Shown here one piece after another: positions 27,021 to 35,581 of a stretch of DNA of 35,581 nt (position 1 is the first letter of the stretch; every line of letters starts with the position of its first letter). The translations under genes and the position numbers were made by a program. Source of the stretch: Comamonas sp. (GTDB lineage: Bacteria; Pseudomonadota; Gammaproteobacteria; Burkholderiales; Burkholderiaceae_C); contig JBJEZV010000193.1 in assembly GCA_051887595.1 (NCBI GenBank), positions 1 to 35,581 on the forward strand, given 5' to 3'. The notes under the pieces were generated by a model. The model had not been told where the DNA came from. It did no database searches and was given only the letters and a program-made list of their open reading frames with translations.

Positions 27021-27437
27021 GATGAAAAAATAAGCAGAGAACCTTTGTGCTTTGCAGATCAAGCACTTGTGCGCCTTGCTCCCGCCATACCTCGATTTAT
27101 CCACATAGTTGTCCAGTCAAAATGGGGGAAAGTGGACCGAGATCAGGGTGTTAGGCTGGGTGAAACAGCCCTGATGCAAGGTGTTGTTGCTTGATTAAAA
27201 TTTAGTCAGTCATAAATATTTAATGAAAAATCAATGGCTTGTGTGAGTTGTTGTTGGCTTATTCAAAGTTATCCACACGATTGTCCGTGGAATTTGGGGA
27301 GAAGTTTGGCGCTGTGAATAAGCATTGCTTAAAAAATAGGCAATAGTTCAAGGCTATGCAAAATCAAGGGCTTAGATCGGTTGTTGCAAACCATGCAGAA
27401 CTTGTCCACAAGCTTGTGCCTGCGATCCGGGGATAAG
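27021..27437. promoter_or_regulatory. Three tandem Fis site - IHF site - DnaA-box-triplet modules (DARS-like locus)
   Basis: Perfect DnaA boxes TTATCCACA at 27097 and 27269, TTGTCCACA at 27402, reverse TGTGAATAA at 27313. IHF-consensus sites at 27057, 27229 and 27362. Fis-consensus sites at 27021, 27193 and 27327. Confidence 0.8.
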
Positions 27438-27550
27438 CGGTGGCCCGCGGTTGTCACCTCTTCGAAAGCTTGCAAGCTGCGCACTGATTACAGTGTGGCC
27501 ACACCTGATCCCACATCAAACAAAACGGACACCAATACAAGGAGCAAGCG

Positions 27551-28471
27551 ATGGAGACACTGTCCTTTACAGGCCAGGTAGCAATAGTGACGGGGGCAGG
27601 CGGTGGGCTCGGTCGTGCCCATGCATTGGCACTGGCCGCGCGTGGCGCCAAGGTGCTGGTCAATGATCTCGGTGGCAGCGTAGATGGCGCGGGGATATCT
27701 ACCAGCACGGCGCAGCAGGTGGTGAATGAAATTCGCGCTTTCGGCGGTGAAGCCCTGGCCAACCATGCATCGGTCACCGATTTTGCGGCAGTGCAGGCCA
27801 TGGTGCAGCAGGCCGTGGATGCCTGGGGGCGGGTGGATATCTTGATCAACAACGCCGGCATCTTGCGCGACAAGAGCTTTGCCAAGATGGACATGGAAGA
27901 CTTTCGCCTGGTGCTGGAAGTGCACCTCATGGGAGCGGCCCACTGCTGCAAGGCCGTATGGCCCGTGATGCAGGCGCAAAACTACGGCCGCATTGTGATG
28001 ACCACTTCCGCAACCGGGCTGTACGGCAATTTTGGTCAAAGCAACTATGGCGCGGCCAAGCTAGGACAGGTGGGCTTGATGCAAACACTGGCGCTGGAGG
28101 GCGCCAAGTACGGCATCCATGTCAATGCGCTGGCGCCCATTGCGGCCACCCGTATGACGCAGGACATCTTGCCCGCTGAGATTTTGGCGACGCTGCAACC
28201 CGAATCTGTGGTCCCCGCCATGCTGGTGCTGGCCCATGCCAACGCACCGACGCGCACCATCTTGTGTGCTGGCGCAGGCAGCTTTGAAGCGGCACACATC
28301 ACCTTGACGCAAGGCATTCATCTGCCCGAAGGCCCAGACATGGCCGAGCGTTTGGCCGCCCAGTTGCAGCAGGTGCAAGACCGCCAGGGCGAGCAAGTGC
28401 CTGGTAACGGCTCGGCCCAAGGACAGCTGGAAGTGGGCAAGGCGATGGCGGCACGCTCAGGCAGCGTCTGA
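27551..28471 (+). CDS. SDR-family oxidoreductase (MFE-2-like 3-hydroxyacyl-CoA dehydrogenase type)
   Basis: TGAGGGLG, VNDLG, NNAGILRD and GNFGQSNYGAAK; AAGGAG RBS. Confidence 0.92.
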   Translation: METLSFTGQVAIVTGAGGGLGRAHALALAARGAKVLVNDLGGSVDGAGISTSTAQQVVNEIRAFGGEALANHASVTDFAAVQAMVQQAVDAWGRVDILINNAGILRDKSFAKMDMEDFRLVLEVHLMGAAHCCKAVWPVMQAQNYGRIVMTTSATGLYGNFGQSNYGAAKLGQVGLMQTLALEGAKYGIHVNALAPIAATRMTQDILPAEILATLQPESVVPAMLVLAHANAPTRTILCAGAGSFEAAHITLTQGIHLPEGPDMAERLAAQLQQVQDRQGEQVPGNGSAQGQLEVGKAMAARSGSV

Positions 28472-28646
28472 TAGACAAGGCTGCCTATCTGTTACAAAGT
28501 CAGCGTGCAATCACCGAGCGTGGCGCCATGCGACATGACGTGGTTATGCGCGAGGGCAGGGCATGGTGTGTGCCTTGTCTCTATGATTTCAGGCGGGGCC
28601 GCATGCAATATTCGGCCTCGCTTTTTGTCCGTAACTGCCTCTAAGA

Positions 28647-30179
28647 ATGAATTCAAAGCCCTCTGCCTTTGCCCTGCCCGCAGCTGAACGCCTTGCCGGA
28701 ATACGCCGGGGCATCGAAAAAGAAGGGTTGCGTGTGCTGCCCAATGGGCATTTGGCACTCACCCCCCATCCGCTGGCGTTGGGTTCTGCGCTGACCCATC
28801 CCCACATCACCACGGACTACAGCGAATCCCAGCTGGAGCTCATCACGGGCGCGCACGCGAGCGTAGAGGCTTGCTTGCAAGAGTTGCAGGCCGTGCACCA
28901 GTACACCTTGCGCAGCATGGCTGCTGTGGGTGAAGAAATGATTTGGGCATCTAGCATGCCTTGCCATTTGCCTACGGATGAAACCATCCCGCTGGGCCGC
29001 TATGGCTCTTCGCATTCGGGTCGCTCCAAGAGCGTCTACCGCATGGGGCTAGGCCACCGTTATGGCCGCCGCATGCAGACCATCTCGGGCATTCACTACA
29101 ACTGGTCCATGCCTGGCGTGAGCAGCGAAGAGTACTTTGCGCTGATCCGCAACTTCCGCCGCCATGCCTTTGTGCTGCTGTATTTGTTTGGCGCATCGCC
29201 TGCGCTGAGCCCTTGCTTTGTGGAAGGGCGCGACCACCGTTTGCAACCCATGGACGAGGCACGCAAGGCGCTGTATTTGCCGCATGCCACTTCGCTGCGC
29301 ATGGGCCGACTGGGCTACCAAAGCGATGCCCAGGCCTCCATCCATGTCAGCTATAACGGCCTGCAAGGCTATGCCAATTCCTTGCACCAGGCGCTGACCC
29401 AGCCATACCCCGCGTATGAGCAGCTGGGCATCACCAATCCCGGCGGCGACTACAACCAGCTAGGCACGAGCTTGCTGCAAATCGAAAATGAGTTCTACGG
29501 CACCATTCGCCCCAAACGCACCACGCGCAGTGGCGAGCGTCCGCTGCATGCACTGCGCGAGCGTGGTGTGGAATACGTCGAAGTGCGCCTGATGGACTTG
29601 GACCCGTTTGAGCCGCTGGGCATCAACACCGACACCATGCGCATGCTGGATGTGTTTTTGATGTATTGCTTGCTCAGCGACAGCCCTGACGATACGCCCG
29701 AGGAAATCATTGAGCTCAAGCACAACCAGCACGCTGTGGCCGAGCGCGGGCGCGAGCCCGGTTTGCAGTTGCTGCGCGGAGGCCAGCAAGTGGCTTTGAC
29801 GCAATGGGCGCAAGAGATTTTGGACGCTTGCGCCACGGTGGCGCAGGGCATGGATGCGCGCATGGGTGGTCAGGCCCACCAACAGGCCGTGGCCCAGGCA
29901 CGCCAGCGTCTGGCCCAGCCTGCATCTACACCTTCGGCCCGCGTGTTGGAGCAGATGCAGCGTCTGCACGGCAACAGCTTTGCGCAGTTTGGCTTGACCC
30001 AGTCAATGTGGACGCGCGAGCACTTGCTGAACTTACCCTGGACGTCAGAGCAGCAAGCGCAGTTTGAAGCCATGGCTGCAGATTCTGTAGCGCAGCAAAA
30101 AGCGATTGAGGCTGCAGACACTGGCAGCTTTGAGGCGTGGCGACAGCGCTATATGGACCCCGCATCGTTGGGCAGTTGA
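28647..30179 (+). CDS. gshA: Glutamate--cysteine ligase
   Basis: RGIEKEGLRV, ITTDYSESQLELIT, MQTISGIHYNWS, LQIENEFYGTIRPK and GVEYVEVRLMD. Confidence 0.96.
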   Translation: MNSKPSAFALPAAERLAGIRRGIEKEGLRVLPNGHLALTPHPLALGSALTHPHITTDYSESQLELITGAHASVEACLQELQAVHQYTLRSMAAVGEEMIWASSMPCHLPTDETIPLGRYGSSHSGRSKSVYRMGLGHRYGRRMQTISGIHYNWSMPGVSSEEYFALIRNFRRHAFVLLYLFGASPALSPCFVEGRDHRLQPMDEARKALYLPHATSLRMGRLGYQSDAQASIHVSYNGLQGYANSLHQALTQPYPAYEQLGITNPGGDYNQLGTSLLQIENEFYGTIRPKRTTRSGERPLHALRERGVEYVEVRLMDLDPFEPLGINTDTMRMLDVFLMYCLLSDSPDDTPEEIIELKHNQHAVAERGREPGLQLLRGGQQVALTQWAQEILDACATVAQGMDARMGGQAHQQAVAQARQRLAQPASTPSARVLEQMQRLHGNSFAQFGLTQSMWTREHLLNLPWTSEQQAQFEAMAADSVAQQKAIEAADTGSFEAWRQRYMDPASLGS

Positions 30180-30209
30180 GCGCATCACAGGTCGTTTTCA
30201 AAGAAATTA

Positions 30210-30289
30210 AGAGCTGCTTGCCTTTGTAGGTATTGCGTTTGCGATAGTTATCTATCGCAAATGCTTGCTATACAAAGGCAAGTAGCTCT
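30210..30289. repeat. 80-bp imperfect palindromic element, copy D (best-preserved ends); may also terminate gshA
   Basis: AGAGCTGCTTGCCTTTGTA...TACAAAGGCAAGTAGCTCT (18 of 19 complementary), inner GCGTTTGCGATAG/CTATCGCAAATGC, followed by a T run. Confidence 0.85.
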
Positions 30290-30328
30290 TTTTTATGTAT
30301 CCAAAAAACTATTTTGACCCGTAGCTGA

Positions 30329-30384
30329 CAGACATGAAACCGTCATCAGCCTGTCACGCCGTTGTCATGGCGCAAACCTAAATT
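30329..30384 (+). promoter_or_regulatory. Pho-box-like promoter: four 7-bp direct repeats at 11-bp period plus -10 hexamer
   Basis: CAGACAT (30329), CCGTCAT (30340), CTGTCAC (30351), TTGTCAT (30362), then exactly 10 bp, then TAAATT (30379-30384). Confidence 0.68.
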
Positions 30385-30412
30385 TCCTGCAGTGTTGACT
30401 GTTGGATTGTGT

Positions 30413-32071
30413 ATGACGCATGCAGGGGAAGAGGCCAAAAGACCACAAATAGCGGGGCAGTCCAGCAAGGCATTGGAGGGGTATGGTGGGCAAGCTCGCC
30501 TTGCGCGCCGTGCATGGCTGGGCAACTGCGCGGTCGGCACCAAGATCGGAATGGTGTTTGGCGTGCTGCTGATGTGTGGCGCGCTCGTGGCCGTGGCCAT
30601 GGTGGCCGCCTTGCAACATGTCGAACGTGAAGCTGCGCAGCAGGTGCAAGCGCAAGACCGCCACACCCAGCAGGTGCAGCAGTGGCAGGCGTTGACGCAA
30701 ACCGGCGTTGAAACCGGGCTGGCCAGTGTCTTGGCTTCTGAAGAAAGCGTCATTGCCAGCTTTGCCGCCAAGGCGCGCCACTATTTGGCCAAGGCGCAGC
30801 AATTGCAGCAGGCCATTGATATGCCCGAGCCCTGGTCACAGCAACTGGCGCAAGAAACCGCTGCGCTGATGGACAACTACGCCGCCGCGTTTCGCGCGCG
30901 TGATTTGGGCATGGCCTGGGAGGCGGAATCCTTGGTCAACAACCAGCTCGAACCGGCCGCCCAACAATTGCTCGCCAGCCAAAGCGCATGGTTGCAAACC
31001 TTGCAAGCTCAGCGCTTGGAAGTGTTGCAGCGCGCCGAAGCTGCACGGGCACGTGCCCAAATGCTGGCCCTTGTGGTGTATGGCGCCTTGCTGGTCATCG
31101 GGGTGGGGATGTCGGTGCGCGTGACGCGTTCCATTACCCAGCCACTGGCGCAGGCGGTGACTTTAGCCCAGGCGATTGCGCAGGGCGATTTGCGTGCGCA
31201 GGCCATGGTGCAGCGTCACGACGAGGTGGGCAGTTTGCTGCGTGCATTTACCACCATGCGCGCACAGCTGCACAGTGTGGTGATGCAGGTGCGCGCAGGC
31301 GTGGGCAGTGTCAGCGAGACCGCCAGCACCGTCGCCAATGGTAATGCCCAGCTGGCGCAACGCACCCAGCAAACCGACGCGCAACTGCAAACCGCTGTGG
31401 CCAGCATTGAACAGATCAACCAGCAGCTACAAGCGGCAGTGGGCGATGCTTCGCAGGCCCACACACTGGCCGGTAGTGCGGTCCAATCGGCGCAGCATGG
31501 TGGTGATGCCGTGGAGCATTTGATGCAAAGCATGGAGGGCTTGCGCAAGCACAGTGCGCACATTGCCACCATCACAGCCGTGATTGATGGCATTGCATTT
31601 CAGACCAATATCTTGGCGCTGAATGCCTCCGTCGAGGCCGCGCGGGCGGGTGAGCAAGGGCGTGGATTTGCCGTGGTGGCCCAAGAGGTGCGTGCATTGG
31701 CACTGCGCAGTGCGCAAGCGGCCAAAGAAATCAAATCCTTGATTCACACATCGTTGGAGCAGGTGGAAGCCGGCGTGGGCTTGGCACAGCACGCCCAGGC
31801 GCGCATGCACACCGTCGTGGGTGATGCGCAGCAGGTGCGCGAGCTGGTGGGCAACATCACTGCCCAAGCGCAGGCGCAAAGCCAGGGCATGCAGCAGCTC
31901 TACCAAACCGTGCAACTGCTCAATGGTATGACGCAAGACAACCAGCATCTGGTCAGGGACAGCAGCCTAGCTGCTGCCAACTTGCATGCACAAGCCGACG
32001 CCTTGGCGCAGCAAGTGCAGGTGTTTCAGCTGCAGGAAGCGCCCCAGCGCACGTCGATGCTGCTGGCTTAA
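30413..32071 (+). CDS. Methyl-accepting chemotaxis protein (2 TM, periplasmic helical sensor, HAMP, signalling domain)
   Basis: [40 protein letters not shown] hairpin tip; HAMP region SITQPL...GDL...DEVGSL. Start uncertain: ATG 30413 is preferred over TTG 30362, which lies inside the promoter. Confidence 0.94.
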   Translation: MTHAGEEAKRPQIAGQSSKALEGYGGQARLARRAWLGNCAVGTKIGMVFGVLLMCGALVAVAMVAALQHVEREAAQQVQAQDRHTQQVQQWQALTQTGVETGLASVLASEESVIASFAAKARHYLAKAQQLQQAIDMPEPWSQQLAQETAALMDNYAAAFRARDLGMAWEAESLVNNQLEPAAQQLLASQSAWLQTLQAQRLEVLQRAEAARARAQMLALVVYGALLVIGVGMSVRVTRSITQPLAQAVTLAQAIAQGDLRAQAMVQRHDEVGSLLRAFTTMRAQLHSVVMQVRAGVGSVSETASTVANGNAQLAQRTQQTDAQLQTAVASIEQINQQLQAAVGDASQAHTLAGSAVQSAQHGGDAVEHLMQSMEGLRKHSAHIATITAVIDGIAFQTNILALNASVEAARAGEQGRGFAVVAQEVRALALRSAQAAKEIKSLIHTSLEQVEAGVGLAQHAQARMHTVVGDAQQVRELVGNITAQAQAQSQGMQQLYQTVQLLNGMTQDNQHLVRDSSLAAANLHAQADALAQQVQVFQLQEAPQRTSMLLA

Positions 32072-32322
32072 CGGTCGCGTTGGTCAGCCTCGCGTTGCTC
32101 CTTGTGACGACGCAACGCGTACTGGCCAGCAAAAGCCAGGCCTAACACCAAGGCAAACCAGGCCGGGATTTGCGCATGCTGGAACAATTCGCGTGTGGGG
32201 CTGGCCGACATAAAGTGAGGGGCGATTAAAAGCACCAAGCCGATGAGGATCAAAATCACACCGCGAACCAGCATGTCATTGTTCAAAGGGTGGCGAGAAG
32301 GTTTGGGGTGTTGCGAGGGCAT
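32068..32322 (-). CDS. Small membrane protein with two hydrophobic helices
   Basis: [17 protein letters not shown] and [17 protein letters not shown]; fills the gap between the MCP and ylqF; start may be the ATG at 32277. Confidence 0.65.
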   Translation of the reverse strand: MPSQHPKPSRHPLNNDMLVRGVILILIGLVLLIAPHFMSASPTRELFQHAQIPAWFALVLGLAFAGQYALRRHKEQREADQRDR

Positions 32323-32402
32323 GGCGATAGGGCTGTGACGAGTTGACAGCTTGCGATTATCCTTGCGGCCCCAAGCTCCACTTCAAAATAAGAAAGACGT
32401 CC

Positions 32403-33347
32403 ATGGCAATCCAATGGTTCCCCGGTCACATGCATCTCACGCGCAAGCTCATCGAAGAGCGCGTCAAAGACATTGACGTGGTCATTGAAGTGCTGGATGC
32501 GCGCATTCCCGGCTCCAGCTTCAATCCCTTGCTGCAAGAGCTCACGGGCCACAAGCCGCGCATGAAGCTGCTCAACAAGCAAGACGTGGCAGACCCTGCA
32601 AAGACCCAGCAATGGCTGGACTGGTACAACGCCCAGCCCGATACGCGCGCCATTGCAATGGATGCGCAAGAAATTGCACCCGCGCGCCGTTTGGTAGAAA
32701 CCTGCCGGCAGCTGGCACCCAACCGGGGCGGTATGGCCAAGCCCATGCGCGTGATGATTTGCGGGGTACCCAATGTGGGTAAATCCACCTTGATCAATAC
32801 CATGACCGGCAAAAAGCAGGCCAAAGCCGCCGACGAGGCGGGTGTGACCAAGGACGAGCAGCGCATTGTCTTGGACGATGATTTCTATCTGTGGGATACG
32901 CCCGGCATGCTGTGGCCGCGTATTTCGATCGAGCAAAGTGGCTATAACCTGGCAGCTTCGGGTTCGGTGGGGCGCAATGCCTATGACGAAGAATTGGTGG
33001 CGCTGGAGCTGCTGCTGATCCTGCAAAAACACTACCCCGCGCAGCTCAATGACCGCTTCAAGCTGGGCCTGAGCGTGCAGGACATCCAATCCCTGCACGA
33101 CGATGAGTTGCTCGAAGTCATTGGCCGCAAACGCGGCTGTGTAATGAGTGGCGGGCGCGTGAACACGCAAAAAGCGGCGGAGATTGTGATTACCGACTAC
33201 CGCACACATGTGCTGGGCCGCATCACGCTGGAAACGCCCGAGGAGTTCGAGCAGTGGGCAGCGGCTGCAGCGGTGGCCGATGCTGAGCGCACGGCCCGCA
33301 AGGAAGCCATTGCGGCTGCCAAGAAAAAGGGCGTTAAGCGCTGGTAG
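32403..33347 (+). CDS. ylqF: Ribosome biogenesis GTPase RbgA/YlqF (circularly permuted)
   Basis: MAIQWFPGHM, VLDARIP, NKQD (G4) preceding GVPNVGKST (G1) and DTPG (G3). Confidence 0.95.
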   Translation: MAIQWFPGHMHLTRKLIEERVKDIDVVIEVLDARIPGSSFNPLLQELTGHKPRMKLLNKQDVADPAKTQQWLDWYNAQPDTRAIAMDAQEIAPARRLVETCRQLAPNRGGMAKPMRVMICGVPNVGKSTLINTMTGKKQAKAADEAGVTKDEQRIVLDDDFYLWDTPGMLWPRISIEQSGYNLAASGSVGRNAYDEELVALELLLILQKHYPAQLNDRFKLGLSVQDIQSLHDDELLEVIGRKRGCVMSGGRVNTQKAAEIVITDYRTHVLGRITLETPEEFEQWAAAAAVADAERTARKEAIAAAKKKGVKRW

Positions 33348-33419
33348 TTGCGCGCTCTGCCTACGTGGCACGTAAGCGCATTGGGGCATGCTGAGCAGCG
33401 AATTTGAACGCTGACCCGC

Positions 33420-35581
33420 ATGCCTTTTTCGTTTCTATCGAATGTCCAAGACCGCCACCAGAGCGCCGTACGTGCCTCGGTGTTGCTGGTCAGCGCATGG
33501 CTTTGGACTTTGGGCTGGAGTGTTGCAGCAGCTTTGCTACTGCGAGGCGAAACACAGACGCCACTGTTTGCATTGCATGTTTTGGCAGGGCCCTTCGCCT
33601 GGGTGGCTGTGTGGGTGGGCATGCGTGGGCACTGGCGCAGTGCAGCAATTGGCCTGATGCTGTTCATCGGCCTAGGGACCGCTTATGTCGCCTATGACCG
33701 GGGTGTCTACATTGTCTCCAGTCTGATGAATATTGCCGTGCTCACCCTGTTTGCGGGCTGGGCACTGGGCTGGGTTGGGACGCTGGTGGTTACTGTGCTG
33801 GCGCAGGCATTGCTGGTCATGTTGGTGCTTCAGGGGACGTTCACCTGGGGGCGATTGTTCCCCATGATGGTCACGTGCCTGTTTTTGGGCGCGGTCACGG
33901 TGATCGCGCGGCGTGCTTACGAGCGCCATATCCACAAAATTGAGACATCGGTGAAAGAGTTGGAAGAGCAGCAGCAAAAGCTGCGCTTGCTCAATGGCGT
34001 GGTGGAGGAGGCACCTTACAGCTTGGCTGTGGTGAATTTGCAGGGGTATCTGGTGTATGCCAATCCTGCATTCTTACGCCAGTCAGGCTACGAGCTGTCA
34101 GAGGTACTGGGCCGATCTTCCTTGGAAGTTTCTTTGACAGGCATGGATGAGGCTACGCGCTTGGCTATGCGTACCCAAGTGGAAGTTGGTGAGGTGTGGC
34201 ATGGGGTGCTGCGCAATTCCGATAAAGCCAATCGCCCTTTGACCGAGAGCATCACCATTGCGCCCATACACGATGCCGATGGCACATTGCGCTACTTGGT
34301 GGAGATCAAACAAGACCTGTCTCATCGGGTGCAGGCCGAAGAGCGCATTGTTCAGCTGCAAAATTTTGATGCACTTACCCAGTTGCCCAATCGCTACGCT
34401 TTGTTTAGGCGGCTGGAACGTCTGCTGCAACAAAGCCATGTGCCCTTGAGCATGGGGTATTCACAGATCTACTGGCATGCCATTTTGCTGGTGGATTTAG
34501 ACCGCTTTAAGCGCTTTAACGATGCGCGCGGGACCGTGTGGTCGGACAAGCTCTTGCAAGCTTTGGCATTGCGTTTGCGCAATGCTGTGGCTGAGACGGC
34601 TTTTGTGGCGCGTAGCACGGCGGATCAGTTTGCGATCGTGGTGGAAAACGTGGGCAAAGGGCGTCATTCATCCCGTATGCAGGCATATGCGCTTGCGCAG
34701 CATTTGCAAAAAGAACTGCAGGCGATTGAAGTGCACCATATCGGCGTCGAGCGGGTGCCGATCAGCTGTGGAATTGGATTTACGGTGTTTCCGTTTGTGG
34801 AACCGGGGTTGGACCGCGATGCCCCAGAGCACATCCTGCGGCGCTGCTCAGTCGCCTTGAATCAAGCGAAGAGCAAGGGCACGGGAATGATCCATTCCTA
34901 CTCCGAAGCTCTGGCAGAGCATGCACAGCGCCATATGCAACTGGAGCAAGGTTTGCATCTGGCTTTGGCCCATCGTCAGCTGCGGTTGTTTTTGCAGCCG
35001 CAAGTCGATCGCCATGGACGTGTCGCAGGGCTGGAAGCACTGGTGCGCTGGCAGCATCCCCAGGAAGGTTTGATCTCACCGGGCGAATTTATCCCCGTGG
35101 CCGAAGAGAGTGGACTCATTATTGCGATTGGCGAATGGGTGCTGCAGCAAGCATGTGAGTTGCTGGCCCATCCTTTGGTGCGCGACGCTGGCTATAGCGT
35201 TTCGGTCAACGTCAGCGCGCTGCAACTGCAGGCGCCAGATTTTGTGCCGAAGATTACGGCCCTGCTGCGTCGATCAAAAATTGATTCCAAGCGCTTGACG
35301 CTGGAGGTCACGGAAAGCCTCTTGGTGGAAGAAGTCGAGACTTCGATTCAGAAAATGGTGGCCTTGCAAGCTTTGGGAGTGGAATTTGCCATTGACGACT
35401 TTGGGACCGGCTACTCCTCGCTGTCGTACCTGACCAAGCTGCCCGTGCAGGAAATCAAGATGGACCAGTCCTTTATCCGCAACTTGGAGCCGGAAACACC
35501 GAGTGCCGCCTTGGTCAAGGCGCTGCTGATGGTGGCAAAAAGCCGTAATTTGCGGGTCGTCGCTGAAGGGGTGGAGACGGG
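33420..35581 (+). CDS. Membrane-bound PAS - degenerate GGDEF - EAL c-di-GMP phosphodiesterase; runs off the right edge
   Basis: Not in the ORF track (no stop in the window). Manual translation from ATG 33420 gives several TM helices, PAS (YANPAF...GYELSEVLG), DALTQLPNR, DLDRFK, RSTADQF, then QPQ...GLEALVRW and DDFGTGYSSL. Confidence 0.92.
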   Translation, partial: MPFSFLSNVQDRHQSAVRASVLLVSAWLWTLGWSVAAALLLRGETQTPLFALHVLAGPFAWVAVWVGMRGHWRSAAIGLMLFIGLGTAYVAYDRGVYIVSSLMNIAVLTLFAGWALGWVGTLVVTVLAQALLVMLVLQGTFTWGRLFPMMVTCLFLGAVTVIARRAYERHIHKIETSVKELEEQQQKLRLLNGVVEEAPYSLAVVNLQGYLVYANPAFLRQSGYELSEVLGRSSLEVSLTGMDEATRLAMRTQVEVGEVWHGVLRNSDKANRPLTESITIAPIHDADGTLRYLVEIKQDLSHRVQAEERIVQLQNFDALTQLPNRYALFRRLERLLQQSHVPLSMGYSQIYWHAILLVDLDRFKRFNDARGTVWSDKLLQALALRLRNAVAETAFVARSTADQFAIVVENVGKGRHSSRMQAYALAQHLQKELQAIEVHHIGVERVPISCGIGFTVFPFVEPGLDRDAPEHILRRCSVALNQAKSKGTGMIHSYSEALAEHAQRHMQLEQGLHLALAHRQLRLFLQPQVDRHGRVAGLEALVRWQHPQEGLISPGEFIPVAEESGLIIAIGEWVLQQACELLAHPLVRDAGYSVSVNVSALQLQAPDFVPKITALLRRSKIDSKRLTLEVTESLLVEEVETSIQKMVALQALGVEFAIDDFGTGYSSLSYLTKLPVQEIKMDQSFIRNLEPETPSAALVKALLMVAKSRNLRVVAEGVET

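Noticed and set aside
27021-27437. Calling the DnaA-box region the chromosomal origin oriC
   Set aside because: No dnaA, dnaN, gidA or parAB neighbours, no clear repeated DUE, and the box geometry fits DARS cores better. It cannot be fully excluded without a genome-wide GC-skew calculation.
27097-27437. CRISPR array interpretation of the three ~36-bp related units
   Set aside because: Units are too divergent, the intervals (172 and 133 bp) are too long and unequal, and no cas genes are present.
30210-30289. Integron attC interpretation of the 80-bp palindromes
   Set aside because: They lack RYYYAAC...GTTRRRY ends, flank housekeeping genes, and no integrase is present.

Overview
Chromosomal window from a GC-rich betaproteobacterium; gene content and order resemble Comamonadaceae such as Comamonas (inference). 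From left to right it holds: a TCA-cycle cluster (partial gltA, sdhE, sdhB, sdhA, sdhD, sdhC, GntR/SdhR-type regulator, mdh, CitE/HpcH-like lyase, secreted hypothetical protein, acnB); a ~6.5 kb accessory aromatic-catabolism module (MarR, LuxR-type HTH, small DUF2783/MhaB-like protein, FAD monooxygenase, Bug/TctC binding protein, MBL-fold protein with a non-canonical metal motif, IclR); an orphan ParB-like gene; trhP/yegQ; tolA-tolR-tolQ-ybgC; a PLP aminotransferase; nusB-ribH-ribBX; a 2Fe-2S ferredoxin; an SDR; gshA; a chemoreceptor; a small membrane protein; rbgA/ylqF; and a membrane PAS-GGDEF(degenerate)-EAL protein that runs off the right edge. The most striking signals are non-coding. (1) At 27021-27437 a Fis site - IHF site - three-DnaA-box module is repeated three times with near-invariant spacing, resembling a tandem-triplicated DARS-like DnaA-regulatory locus. 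(2) Four dispersed imperfect palindromes are each exactly 80 bp, with shared ends and divergent interiors. (3) A four-repeat Pho-box promoter with canonical -10 spacing precedes the chemoreceptor. No rRNA, tRNA, CRISPR array or transposase was seen.
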